This document shows, in pieces, positions 1 to 10,149 of a DNA stretch of 64,000 nt. The position numbers and the translations under genes were made by a program. A model generated the notes under the pieces. It searched no databases, was not told the DNA's origin, and worked only from the letters and a program-made list of their open reading frames with translations. The DNA comes from Candidatus Cloacimonadales bacterium (GTDB lineage Bacteria > Cloacimonadota > Cloacimonadia > Cloacimonadales > DAONDQ01): assembly GCA_963662275.1 (NCBI GenBank), contig OY759316.1, positions 1,376,001-1,440,000 on the forward strand. The letters are read 5' to 3'. Positions within the stretch are counted from its first letter, which is position 1. The number at the start of each line of letters is the position of its first letter.

Positions 1-1943
1 TCTTTCAATCCGGTTTCTGCTCCGAGAGCGATAAAGACAGGCAGGTAATCCGCTTTCTCATTGAAGGTGAAATATTCCGGTATTTCCCTGACTACATGGG
101 GTATTGGATTAATCCGATTCCAGATAAAACTCGGAACTTCATTATAGCATTTGATGATTGCCATATCACCATAATTGAACTGTCTTTTTCCGCTGGAAAT
201 CATCCAGCCGTCTTTAGTTCTTGCCATAAACCAGGTTTGGGTTTGAATCGAATACACATTTGCCCAGATGGAAGCCAGGGCTTTTTCCGGAGACTGGGAT
301 TCCGGTAGAAAATATCCAACCCAGTTTTCAATGCGGCTGCCATACAGGTGAAGCGGTGTATCCGGTGAACATCTCGGTGCTGTGATCGAAAGCTCAGAAT
401 AATCTGCGGGTGTAGTAATCAGAGCTTTGTAGCCTTGGGGTGAAGTGAGTAAATGTGATGGATTTGTCCATTCATGAAAATCACATAAATAATATAAATG
501 TGAAAAACCACTCACCCATTCTTCATGATCCAGAACACCTGTGTTGGCAAGATGTTCCATAACATTCCCAATCTGAGGATTCGTGTCATAGACATCCAGG
601 ACGGGATAACAGAGCCAGGTCCAGCCATGATGGCTGGAATCAGTACCGTAGAACTTGTAGTTGCGTGTTTCCTGGGAAACAGGTAATGCTCCCATATCAC
701 TACGGGTATTATCAGCATCAGGAAGTTCAGGATCACCGGCATCAATACACGGGCTTTTACAGTTTGATTCCCAGGCTAGCGAGAAGTCATCAGACTCCAG
801 GTTCTTAAACCCGGGATCAAGATTAATAGTGCCTGTATTAACCGTCGGATATACGGTATTACCAATATCGCAATAGGTAATTGTCTGGGGATATTCATTG
901 CTGGAACCAAACGCGCCATTAGTTGCCAGTTGTATTGGCAGGTCATTATGCATCGCATCCTGGTTATGATAAATAATGCAATTGCTTAAAACTGCCTGAC
1001 CGCCCAGATTGCCGGAAGCTCTCTCAAAATAAACGCCGACAGCATTGGTAGATGATATGTGATTATGAGCAACTGTGCAATAATCCATGATAAATCTCAC
1101 CTTGTCCGGACCCAAAAAGTTGAATGCATCCGCTGCATAGATGGCACAGGAATGTGAGAAGTTATCGTATACCTGGCAACTGCCGAATAGGACATTGTAG
1201 GCATTTGACTGATTTTCTGCAGCATGATTTACTTCAAATGCTCCGGCATATCCCGTTGGAGCAGAATTCGTATAAATCCCGCATGCCTGGACTGTATGCG
1301 TACCTTCTTCAATATACAAGCCTCCTCCGGAACTTTCATACCCTCCGTCATCTGCGACTGAATTACTGTATATTTTACAATTTGTAATGCTGCTGCTTCC
1401 CCGCATGAGGGCAATGCCCCCGCCATGAAGAGCAGTATTGTTCCTGATATCGCAATGATCAATATTTACATTTATGGCATTTTTACAGAATACTCCGCCG
1501 CCTCTGCGCTCATTATGCCCATTTGCCGAAATTAATGTACCACCGCCATTTTTCAGTGTGAAACCTTTCAGATAAATGCTTACACCCGGAGTGACACAAT
1601 TAATGATCTCACAGGCGGAATCCGTTAATTGAGTTCCCGTGTTTCCGTGGATCATGGTGGAGCCGATAAAATTGGAATTATTCGCTTCACAGTAACGGCT
1701 CTCAATCGTCAGGTTAGACGTCCTTCCTGAAATGATAATCGGTCCATAGTCACCGGGATAAACAATGATCCTGACAGCTTCGTTAGGATTCATACACGAA
1801 ATTGCAGTGTAAATTTGCTGGAATGGAGAGGCAAGCGTACCTATCCCGCCGGTTGAAGATGTGATGTTGACATAAAGCGTTTGAAGTGAGAATAAGATAG
1901 AAGTGAGCGTGAGCAGCGTTCCCAAGAAAATGACTCGTTTCAT
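1..1943 (-). CDS. Secreted right-handed parallel beta-helix protein, partial (3' end runs off the left edge)
   Basis: Not in the ORF track. Hand-translated segments: ATG at 1943 with GGAGG upstream, MKRVIFLGTLLTLTSILFS signal peptide, SPFQQIYTAI, GFTLKNG, GGGVFC/GGGIAL motifs, SPCIDAGDP..SDMGA. The segment at the window edge (..EKADYLPVFIALGAETGLK) is open. Not every intervening codon was checked. Confidence 0.8.
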   Translation of the reverse strand, partial: MKRVIFLGTLLTLTSILFSLQTLYVNITSSTGGIGTLASPFQQIYTAISCMNPNEAVRIIVYPGDYGPIIISGRTSNLTIESRYCEANNSNFIGSTMIHGNTGTQLTDSACEIINCVTPGVSIYLKGFTLKNGGGTLISANGHNERRGGGVFCKNAINVNIDHCDIRNNTALHGGGIALMRGSSSITNCKIYSNSVADDGGYESSGGGLYIEEGTHTVQACGIYTNSAPTGYAGAFEVNHAAENQSNAYNVLFGSCQVYDNFSHSCAIYAADAFNFLGPDKVRFIMDYCTVAHNHISSTNAVGVYFERASGNLGGQAVLSNCIIYHNQDAMHNDLPIQLATNGAFGSSNEYPQTITYCDIGNTVYPTVNTGTINLDPGFKNLESDDFSLAWESNCKSPCIDAGDPELPDADNTRSDMGALPVSQETRNYKFYGTDSSHHGWTWLCYPVLDVYDTNPQIGNVMEHLANTGVLDHEEWVSGFSHLYYLCDFHEWTNPSHLLTSPQGYKALITTPADYSELSITAPRCSPDTPLHLYGSRIENWVGYFLPESQSPEKALASIWANVYSIQTQTWFMARTKDGWMISSGKRQFNYGDMAIIKCYNEVPSFIWNRINPIPHVVREIPEYFTFNEKADYLPVFIALGAETGLK

Positions 1944-2160
1944 TTTTTCCTCCGTGGGTTTTCCTAAAACGTGTATGCCTTAATAGTAATCATTATAATT
2001 ATATGTCAAGAAAAAGATGAAAATAAATTAATAATTAAAAACAAATTGAATATGATGATATTTCTAACTATATATGGGATCATTTGCAGTCGAGACATGG
2101 AACGCTGTTTTCAAACGGCTATGCTTCCGGATAAACTACTATCATTCCACTTAATTGATA

Positions 2161-2215
2161 CCAGTTTCATTCCTGTTTCAATCCTGTTTCATTCCTGTTT
2201 AATTCCTGTTTCGAG
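2161..2215. repeat. Five degenerate tandem 11-mers (CCTGTTTCAWT)
   Basis: ccagtttcatt cctgtttcaat cctgtttcatt cctgtttaatt cctgtttcgag. Confidence 0.8.
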
Positions 2216-2351
2216 AAATTGGTATGAGATAGGATTAATATTTGTTTGATCTTGCTATATATCAAGTATGCACTTTGAGGAAAGATGTCGGTGTATGGTG
2301 GAGATTAGGATGATTATATGGTTATATTATGGATGATCATATTATGGAATT

Positions 2352-2500
2352 GTCGAGGAACGAGTCCGAATGACGTTACTCTATTAGCTCAGGAAGTCCT
2401 TCCTGGGAAAAGTAGGGGTCCGCGTCAGCAGACCCATTCTGGTTCAGAGTCCGGTAGGACGGAACAAGACTGTAGCGCTTACTTAAGGAGGTTTTTTTTT
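2352..2500 (+). ncRNA. Candidate structured ncRNA of unrecognised family
   Basis: GC-rich island with several stems (GTCC/GGAC, CTCAGGAAG/CTTCCTGGG, GGGTC/GACCC, CTGG/CCGG), a possible TGACG/CGTCA pseudoknot, G-U pairs favouring the + strand, TATTAT just upstream and a T9 run at 2492-2500. Confidence 0.45.
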
Positions 2501-2565
2501 GTGGTCACTGCTTCAGCTTGTGAGTAATGATCTTTAGGTCATAGTCTTCCATCCTGTGAGCTACC

Positions 2566-2793
2566 GGAACGCCTGACCCCGTCAGGTGGCATAACGCACC
2601 CCGTGCGTTTCTATCTCCAAGCTGAAGCAGGATCGGCATCCTTCTCTACAAAGAAGGCAACCTGAAGGATGCCACTACCAAAGAAAGACAGCAAGATCGG
2701 CGTCTTGCTTTACAACCGCGTAAATGCGGAGCTACGAAGACCAACCGCGTGAATGCGGAGCTACGAAACAGCAGGATCGGAATCTTATGCCAT
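2566..2793. repeat. Mosaic of REP-like hairpins (GTGG/GTAG-linked)
   Basis: GTGGCATAACGCACCCCGTGCGTT, AGCAAGATCGGCGTCTTGCT, 2x CAACCGCGT[A/G]AATGCGGAGCTAC. The same units recur at 31755-32057, 32944 and 33081. Confidence 0.85.
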
Positions 2794-2888
2794 GTATTCC
2801 ATGAACTTCATTGACAATCATTTCCAACTTGCCAGAACTTGTCATGATGTTATATTAATTAATAAATACAAGACTCGTGGGCAGCCAT

Positions 2889-4598
2889 ATGAATATAATT
2901 ACAGAACATAATCTCCTTATTTTCCTGGTGCAATTTGCTTTGATCCTGGGTCTGAGCAAACTCCTCGGTCTTATTTTTATCAAATGGAAACAATCGACAC
3001 TCACCGCTGAAATTCTTGTAGGTTTAATTCTAAGTGTAACGATACTAGGCAGATTAGCCCCATCGTTACGTGCTGTAATATTTCCGGCTGATAAAATCCA
3101 GGATTCCATGCTGCAGACGATTGCCTGGTTGGGTAACTTGTATCTGCTTATGGAAACCGGTCTTGAGATAAATTTCTCCCAGGTATGGAAGCAGAGAGGA
3201 CAGGCATTGATCATTGCCTTGTCGGATATCGTTATTCCTGTGCTTCTATTAACAGTGCCCATGATGCTTATCACAAATCATTATATGCCTAATGCCGGAA
3301 ATCCATGGATTCTTTCAGCTTTTCTGGCTATGATTCTTTCCATCAGCGCTTTACCTGTCACAGCTCGTGTTTTGTATGATTTACATATCCTGAAATCGGA
3401 CTTCGGTTTCCTGATTGTGTCAACTCTTGCCATCAACGACGTTATCGGATGGGTTGCGATTAGTCTTGTCTTAAAACTCCTGGAGCAGTCTGTATTTGAT
3501 TTTATGCTGATCTTCAAATTCATCTCTCTAATAGTGCTTTTTATTGTAATCAGCATGACTGTGCTTAGAAAATCAATTGATAAAATAATGTCATTGATTC
3601 ATGATAAATATGGTTCTGATAGCGGAATTAAGACATCCCTGGTCTTTTTAATTGGAATGCTATTTGGTGCAATGACATTAGCCTTGGGAATTCATTCAAT
3701 GTTGGGATTCTTTATTGCCGGCATTACGGTGGGGGCTGCTAAGCACTTTTCCGATAATGACAGGCATGTGATGAATCGAATGGTACATTCCATTTTCATC
3801 CCTGTATTCTTTGCCAATATCGGATTACATCTGAATTTCATCTCCAGTTTTGACGTTCGGTTAGTTTTAGTTTTTACGATATTTGGGATGCTTATCCGAT
3901 ATTCAGGTGCCTATTGTGGAGCAATCTTTGCCAAGTTGGAAAAATTCAGTTGGAATCCAATTGCTATCTGCCATACAGCGGGTGGAGAAATGCATATCGT
4001 AGTGGCAGGTTTAGCCTATTCAGCCAATTTGATATCTGAACCAATATTCCTGGCGATCGTAATTTCATCTATCCTTTCTACAGTTTCTTTGGGTCCGCTT
4101 TTATCACGAGCAATCAAAAAACAACGCGAAAGCATACTTGATGTTGTATTTGCTCAAGATTCCATCAATACCGGATTGAATTTTCAAGATAAAGAGGAAG
4201 CCCTTGTATATCTGGCGAAATCTGTTTCTAATCGTACCGGTATAGCCTTTGAACCTGTATATAATGAAATTATGAAAAGAGAGGAAAGAATGACGACAGC
4301 TATCGGGCACGGCGTGGCTATTCCTCATGCCAGGCTGGAAGGTATCAATTATCCACTGATTCTATTGGTTAGAAATAATACGGGGCTGGAATGGGATAGC
4401 CCTGATGATAAACTGGTACGTTTGATATTTCTTTTAATCACACCTGCTCATAACGAAAAAATTCAATTACAGATATTGCAGGCTTTAGCAAAAGCTCTAT
4501 CCCAACCTGATTTGATGGATAAACTTAAAAATGCAGCGAATCCTAAGCAATTATGGGAAGATTTAAGAGACCAATTCAGTGAATTGAAATTGAGCTAG
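2889..4598 (+). CDS. Cation:proton antiporter (CPA2/KefB-like) fused to a C-terminal PTS EIIA domain
   Basis: Multi-TM protein with GLEINF, SISALPVTARVL and INDVIGW motifs; C-terminal REERMTTAIGHGVAIPHAR and WDSPD EIIA motifs. Confidence 0.9.
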   Translation: MNIITEHNLLIFLVQFALILGLSKLLGLIFIKWKQSTLTAEILVGLILSVTILGRLAPSLRAVIFPADKIQDSMLQTIAWLGNLYLLMETGLEINFSQVWKQRGQALIIALSDIVIPVLLLTVPMMLITNHYMPNAGNPWILSAFLAMILSISALPVTARVLYDLHILKSDFGFLIVSTLAINDVIGWVAISLVLKLLEQSVFDFMLIFKFISLIVLFIVISMTVLRKSIDKIMSLIHDKYGSDSGIKTSLVFLIGMLFGAMTLALGIHSMLGFFIAGITVGAAKHFSDNDRHVMNRMVHSIFIPVFFANIGLHLNFISSFDVRLVLVFTIFGMLIRYSGAYCGAIFAKLEKFSWNPIAICHTAGGEMHIVVAGLAYSANLISEPIFLAIVISSILSTVSLGPLLSRAIKKQRESILDVVFAQDSINTGLNFQDKEEALVYLAKSVSNRTGIAFEPVYNEIMKREERMTTAIGHGVAIPHARLEGINYPLILLVRNNTGLEWDSPDDKLVRLIFLLITPAHNEKIQLQILQALAKALSQPDLMDKLKNAANPKQLWEDLRDQFSELKLS

Positions 4599-4643
4599 TA
4601 TGACACTGAATGATAGTGTACTTTCGTCACCCCGATAATAACA

Positions 4644-4673
4644 GATGCATTTCGAGTTCGCTCAATAACCATC
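4644..4673. repeat. 30-bp dispersed repeat (TTCGA[G/C]TTCGCTCA type); second copy at 21200-21229
   Basis: gatgcatttcgagttcgctcaataaccatc vs gatgcattttgacttcgctcaataaccatc (28/30). Confidence 0.8.
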
Positions 4674-4747
4674 TATTTACTCGGAGAACTCAGCTTTCAG
4701 CCCCGGCAGCGAAAACCTGTTTTCTGGGAAGTTCAAAATCGAGTAGG

Positions 4748-6898
4748 TTATTCCCCCCGATACACATTGATTGCATCCAGTATTTCGTTACGGATCAGTG
4801 TTTCATCATTCATGGCTATGATCTCTGCTATCTTCTTTGGTTGCCTTGTGAGCCTGCTGATACTTGCCAGGATTCGAATATGGATATTGGCATCCTTTTC
4901 CGGAGTCAGGATTAGAAATACAAGATATGTTGGTTTTTTATCGATAGAACCAAAATCAAAGCCTTCTTTTTTTATGCCGAATGCCACTAAAGGCTCTGAA
5001 ACCTCATTAATGTGTGCATGTGGAATGGCTAATCCATATGCCAAGCCTGCACTAAGATATTTTTCACGTTCCATCACAGAATAATAGATAGATTTGGTTT
5101 GTTTAACCTTACCTGCAATTCGTAATTTTTCAATCAGTTCCCAGACAATACCTTCCTTACTCTCTGCTTTAAGTTCGGGAATAATGTGTGATATGGGTAA
5201 AAAGAAATCAATCTCCTTTTCATTTTCTTTTTCATTTTCCACAGTAAGAGCAAATACATCATCCATGCTAAGAATACTCGTTACTGACTGTTTTAAGAAA
5301 AAGGCTGCTTCATGTACCATTCTGCGCGTAAAGATAACATTATCAACATCTGTTTGCAGTATTATTCTTTTTGGCTCATGAATCAATGATATATTTGTGT
5401 TATGCCTTCGAAGATTGTAGTAGAGGGAATCCGGATTGACCTGGTTCACAAAGAAACCCATGGATTGGAACTGCAGGATAATTTTGTGTGTCATCAATTC
5501 CGTCAAATCCTCATCATCCAAGTTATACTCCAAGGTTTCTTTCTCAATCATTAAAAGATCATGTCGCATACCTTTCTTTGCGCTTTTGAGAGCATTGCTC
5601 AACAATGGAGGTGAAATCAATGTAGTCACCATAGTCATGAAGATGGCAATACCAAAAATATTGTATGTCGGATCTGAAAGAAAACCGTATGACAAGCCGA
5701 TACCGGCAATGATCAAAGCCACTTCACCTCGAGGAATCATACCCAATCCAATACGATTTGCACCTCGAAAGTTGAAATTCATTAATAGCGGTGGTAACCC
5801 GCATCCAATATACTTGGCTAGGATTGCTCCAACTGTGTAAACCATACCAAATATTAAAGTCGTAGGACTGAATAATTCCCGAATATTCACAAGCATTCCC
5901 ATGACGGTGAAAAATACTGGAATAAAGAATACCCGCAACGGATGCATTGCTTCCTGGATAGCAAAGCTGATATCTGTCTTAGATAATGTCAGACCCACGA
6001 CATAAGCACCGATTATCATCGCCAAACCAGCACGTTCGAACAAGCCAGCGATAATTAAAGCGATACTGAATGCCATTATGGAGAAGATAAAGCGGTCTTT
6101 GAATATCTTCAGGAAGTTTCCGATTTTACGGGCAAAATACAAACCAATAAGGGTCACACTCAGCCAGATACCAATTTCCTTGAAGGCAATTAAGCCGATC
6201 TTATCCCAACTCAATGTACTTCCATTTCCAGCTTTTATATGTAATGACATACCCAAAACAACTGCTAATAGGACAATACCTAGGACATCATCAATAACTG
6301 CACCTGAAATAATAGTTACTCCTTCCGGAGTATCCATTTTCTTTTGATCTGAGAGTATTCGAGCCGTTATTCCTACAGATGTTGCAGTACTCATGATACC
6401 CATAAACATACATTTTGGGTCTAATAAGGGTAGATGTAAAAACAATTGTGCTGTATATGCACCTATGAAAAACGAAAAAATGATACCGCTAATGCCAACG
6501 ATCGTCCCTGCTAGGGAAAAGCGGATAAAGAGAGTCAAGTCAGTTTCCAGGCCTGACATAAAGAGTAAGATAATGGAAGCGATAATCGCAATGCCATATA
6601 ATTCAGGTTGGATAGGGAAATCAGCATTAGTACTGGCAAAGAGTCCATGTTCGAAACCAGGAATAGGTATTGATCCTAATAAGTATGGACCTATAATCAC
6701 ACCTACCAGTAATTCACCGATTACGCCAGGAATGCCAATTTTCTCGACCAGCATAGCTCCAAATCTTGCGGCAATAATGATAATTCCAAGCTGCATGACC
6801 AGGTTTGGCATTCTTTCTATAATGTCTGTTTGAATTATTCCATTACCGAATAGTGCAGTAACTCCAAACGTGAATAGAATCATCCACCAGTATTTCAT
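4748..6898 (-). CDS. Cation:proton antiporter (CPA2) with a linker domain and C-terminal PTS EIIA domain
   Basis: GLETDL, ATSVGITARIL, AVIDDVLG, GMIPRGEVALI; EIIA motif GLAIPHAH. Start set to MKYWW (GGAG upstream). Confidence 0.9.
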   Translation of the reverse strand: MKYWWMILFTFGVTALFGNGIIQTDIIERMPNLVMQLGIIIIAARFGAMLVEKIGIPGVIGELLVGVIIGPYLLGSIPIPGFEHGLFASTNADFPIQPELYGIAIIASIILLFMSGLETDLTLFIRFSLAGTIVGISGIIFSFFIGAYTAQLFLHLPLLDPKCMFMGIMSTATSVGITARILSDQKKMDTPEGVTIISGAVIDDVLGIVLLAVVLGMSLHIKAGNGSTLSWDKIGLIAFKEIGIWLSVTLIGLYFARKIGNFLKIFKDRFIFSIMAFSIALIIAGLFERAGLAMIIGAYVVGLTLSKTDISFAIQEAMHPLRVFFIPVFFTVMGMLVNIRELFSPTTLIFGMVYTVGAILAKYIGCGLPPLLMNFNFRGANRIGLGMIPRGEVALIIAGIGLSYGFLSDPTYNIFGIAIFMTMVTTLISPPLLSNALKSAKKGMRHDLLMIEKETLEYNLDDEDLTELMTHKIILQFQSMGFFVNQVNPDSLYYNLRRHNTNISLIHEPKRIILQTDVDNVIFTRRMVHEAAFFLKQSVTSILSMDDVFALTVENEKENEKEIDFFLPISHIIPELKAESKEGIVWELIEKLRIAGKVKQTKSIYYSVMEREKYLSAGLAYGLAIPHAHINEVSEPLVAFGIKKEGFDFGSIDKKPTYLVFLILTPEKDANIHIRILASISRLTRQPKKIAEIIAMNDETLIRNEILDAINVYRGE

Positions 6899-7001
6899 AT
6901 GGACTCCAATGTAGTTGATTACAATTGAAAAGACAGTTATATCTTTTTTATGAGAACATTTCTGCTTCACTTCCAGGATATAACTGCCTTAAGAAAACTG
7001 A

Positions 7002-8330
7002 TTATTCTATTCCAGTATAAGCTAATTCCCCGTGTTGGGTTTCATCCAGTCCGATTGTCTCATCCACTTCGGTTACTTTGACGGGAACGATAAAGTTAAT
7101 AATATGCAGCATGATTAGAGTAAAGATAAAGGCATATAATGATGCAAATGCAACAGCAATTAACTGAACCAAAAAGAAGTGGGGATTACCAGTAAGTAAA
7201 CCACCACCCTTAGCAACAGGATTTACTGCTTCATATGCAAAGACACCAAGAAGAATGGTTCCTGTGACACCACCGACACCATGAACACCCCAGACATCAA
7301 GAGCATCATCCCATTTCATCTTATTTTTGAAATTAACAGCGATATAGCAGACAAGACCAGCAATCATACCAATGATCGGAGCAGCCCATAAAGGAACAAA
7401 ACCGGCACATGGAGTGATTGTTGCCAAGCCAGCAACAGCACCTGTCATTAATCCGACAAATTTGGGTTTTCCTTCTGCTAACCAAGAAACGAGTAACCAG
7501 GTTACACCTGCAAAGGATGCAGCTACGTCGGTATTCAAAAAAGCTGTAGCAGTGATGGAATCTACCTGTAACTCACTTCCTGCATTAAAACCATACCAAC
7601 CGAACCAAAGAAGTCCAGTTCCGATCGCTACTAAAGGAATGTTATGATTTCCCTTGTCTATGACTTTTCGTTTCCCAACATAAATCACAGAAGCTAATGC
7701 AGCAAAACCAGCGGTTGCATGAACAACAATACCACCGGCAAAATCAAGTACACCATAGGCTGACATGATTCCACCGCCCCAAATCATATGAGTGAAAGGG
7801 AAGTAGACTAAAAACAACCAGGCAACGAGGAATATCAGGTAGGATTTAAAAGATACTCGATTAGCAAAAGCACCTGTAATAAGGGCTGGTGTAATGATTG
7901 CAAACATCATTTGGTAAGCGATGAATACGATTTCAGGGATTTGACTGTTACCCATATAAATGCTATTCAAATTAACACCATGCAGGAACGCTTTATCCAA
8001 ATTACCCATAATTCCCATCCAGTCATTTCCTTGCGCCAAGGTGCCACTAAAACATAGTGAATATCCAGCGATATACCAGATAACAGTTGTTAAACATAAG
8101 GATACAAAACTCTGCATCATGATTGTGATGACATTTTTCCTGCCTACTAATCCTCCATAGAAAAATGCCAGTCCAGGTGTCATTAGCATTACAAGACTGC
8201 AGCATAGCAGCATAAACCCTGTACTACCAGTATCGAATAAGGGCTTTGTTCCAACTTGAGTTGCGAGTGCTTGAACAGTTGTTTTCAAACTATCCAAAGC
8301 GATTGTGGGATCAACATTGACCAATGGCAT
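7002..8330 (-). CDS. amt: Ammonium transporter, Amt family
   Basis: LMTPGLAFFYGG, DFAGGIVVH, WFGWYGFNAGS, DDALDVWGVHG (twin His), C-terminal GLD..QHGE.AY. Start at MPLVN with GGAG RBS. Confidence 0.95.
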   Translation of the reverse strand: MPLVNVDPTIALDSLKTTVQALATQVGTKPLFDTGSTGFMLLCCSLVMLMTPGLAFFYGGLVGRKNVITIMMQSFVSLCLTTVIWYIAGYSLCFSGTLAQGNDWMGIMGNLDKAFLHGVNLNSIYMGNSQIPEIVFIAYQMMFAIITPALITGAFANRVSFKSYLIFLVAWLFLVYFPFTHMIWGGGIMSAYGVLDFAGGIVVHATAGFAALASVIYVGKRKVIDKGNHNIPLVAIGTGLLWFGWYGFNAGSELQVDSITATAFLNTDVAASFAGVTWLLVSWLAEGKPKFVGLMTGAVAGLATITPCAGFVPLWAAPIIGMIAGLVCYIAVNFKNKMKWDDALDVWGVHGVGGVTGTILLGVFAYEAVNPVAKGGGLLTGNPHFFLVQLIAVAFASLYAFIFTLIMLHIINFIVPVKVTEVDETIGLDETQHGELAYTGIE

Positions 8331-8591
8331 AAGATACTCCTTTTTTGATATAATGATCTCATAGAGCACTACCCAGGACAATCATGTTGAGTTTATTAAT
8401 GGCATATCGAAGAACGTATATGTATCTACCATAACTGGCAATGACAAATAGCACTGATCGTTTCGTGATAGATACAGATAATATTTCGCTTATCGATTCA
8501 ACCATTCGATAAATACTGAATAGTGTTTATCTCCAATTCAAAGAATGTTTTTGGTAAATCGAGATTATTGTGTCAAGTAAAGATTCTGTCA

Positions 8592-9833
8592 TTACTTCAT
8601 TTTTGCTCTTGCTAAGATTCCTTCTGCAATGCCTCCTTTCTGTCCTTCTGCCCTTTCCTCCTTCGGAGCTTCCGGAATGTCTAACAGCAATTCATTTACA
8701 TCTGCATACACGAGCTTGGGCTTACCAGTAAGAAAGATGATCTTTCCTGTAATCAAACCTGCGATAAGAGCAATGACAATCGTGATAAAGATACCTTTTA
8801 ACTGATTGCCCCGATTAATTCCAGCTACGACAAACAGGGCTGCCAAACCGCCCATTAAACCAGGTAAACCATGTAGATTCATAACACCACAAGTATCAAT
8901 TTTCTTCAAAGAATTTTGCCATTTATTTTGTAAAACAGCAAACCCCAATGTAGATATCCCACCAGCCAATAGACCGATCGTAAAAGCTATTCCCGGTGTT
9001 GTGAGATTGCATGTACTCCCAATGGCTACCCCGCCAGCTAATGTGGCATTGGCAATATCAGCAGTTGCTACTTTTCCTCTTAAGAGCAGCGAAACAAAAT
9101 AGGTTATCAGGGTTGAACCACATAACGCTAAAATTACATTTACAATTGTGATTGGCACTTGGGCAGGTGGAACTAAAGCGGAACAGAAACTGGGCCAAAA
9201 TACCCATAATACCATACTGCCCAATAGGGAAAAGCGTTCACTTGTTGCATTTACTTCAATAGGCGTCTCGTAATCTTTAATAGTTGTCAGTGACATGATT
9301 GCACCTAAACCAAATAAAGCACCAAACGCATGTATAACGATTGATCCACCTGTATCCATAACCGTTCCTGCAGGAATCAAACCTAATCCACCACCAAGTA
9401 AGATCCATTCATTAAGTGCATATGTTGGTACGAAACATAATCCAAGTAATAGGTATTGCCAGAATTTGATTCTTCCTAGTACAGCTCCGGCACAGATGAG
9501 TAAACTGGCTGCTGCAAATTCTGAGAGAATGATCTTATCAACCATTCCATTTTCTTCACCCATAATACCATAAGAAGCTTTCAGGAAATATAATGGAATA
9601 GCAATACTCACTAACAAATAGGTCGCTGTGAGGGCAGATCTCCCATATTTTTTTACAAAGACCATCAGGAAACCAAAGCCAACGAGAAGCATAACCATGA
9701 TGTGAATGGCGCGGAAGTATTTTAAAACATTCACTACATCATTGATATTGTTATCAGCAGGTACTGCAATTGAATAACCTAGGGTGGTTAAGCCTAACAA
9801 GATGAATAAAACAGCTAATTTTAAACGATTCAT
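8592..9833 (-). CDS. Rhesus (Rh50)-type ammonium/gas channel
   Basis: IHIMVMLLVGFGFLMVFVKKYG, DTGGSIVIHAFG, FWPSF, NATLAGGVAIG and DTCGVMNLHGLPG are Rh-subfamily signatures. Confidence 0.9.
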   Translation of the reverse strand: MNRLKLAVLFILLGLTTLGYSIAVPADNNINDVVNVLKYFRAIHIMVMLLVGFGFLMVFVKKYGRSALTATYLLVSIAIPLYFLKASYGIMGEENGMVDKIILSEFAAASLLICAGAVLGRIKFWQYLLLGLCFVPTYALNEWILLGGGLGLIPAGTVMDTGGSIVIHAFGALFGLGAIMSLTTIKDYETPIEVNATSERFSLLGSMVLWVFWPSFCSALVPPAQVPITIVNVILALCGSTLITYFVSLLLRGKVATADIANATLAGGVAIGSTCNLTTPGIAFTIGLLAGGISTLGFAVLQNKWQNSLKKIDTCGVMNLHGLPGLMGGLAALFVVAGINRGNQLKGIFITIVIALIAGLITGKIIFLTGKPKLVYADVNELLLDIPEAPKEERAEGQKGGIAEGILARAKMK

Positions 9834-10149
9834 TTGTTTCTCCTATATATTTTGAATTTTGCAAATATTACTCGAATTTCGGAATCACAACTAAAATAAA
9901 ACATGTCTTTCCCCAAAGGAATGGACATACTAGGCGAGAACTAGGGCATTTGATATAAATAGTAATTAGCGTCAAGAAATTATCGGAGGAACAAGTGAAA
10001 GTGAATTTCGAGATATTTTAATTGCTTCAAGAAAAGTAGTTAAGCTCAAGGATTCATTCATTTCTCCTGGGCGATCGTATCTGTACGAGTCGAATTAGTG
10101 AGCTGCACTTTAGTCGATTCGTCATATTTACTCTCTTACTAATGTTCAT

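Noticed and set aside
96..1462. Small ORFs listed in the track within 96-1462
   Set aside because: Shadow or alternative frames of the long minus-strand gene starting at 1943.
2352..2500. c-di-AMP riboswitch, lysine riboswitch, RNase P RNA or tRNA
   Set aside because: Only fragments resemble them (GTAGGG..CGTCAGC; GAGGAA..GTCC; GGTTC..AGTCC). The required conserved cores, length or cloverleaf are missing.
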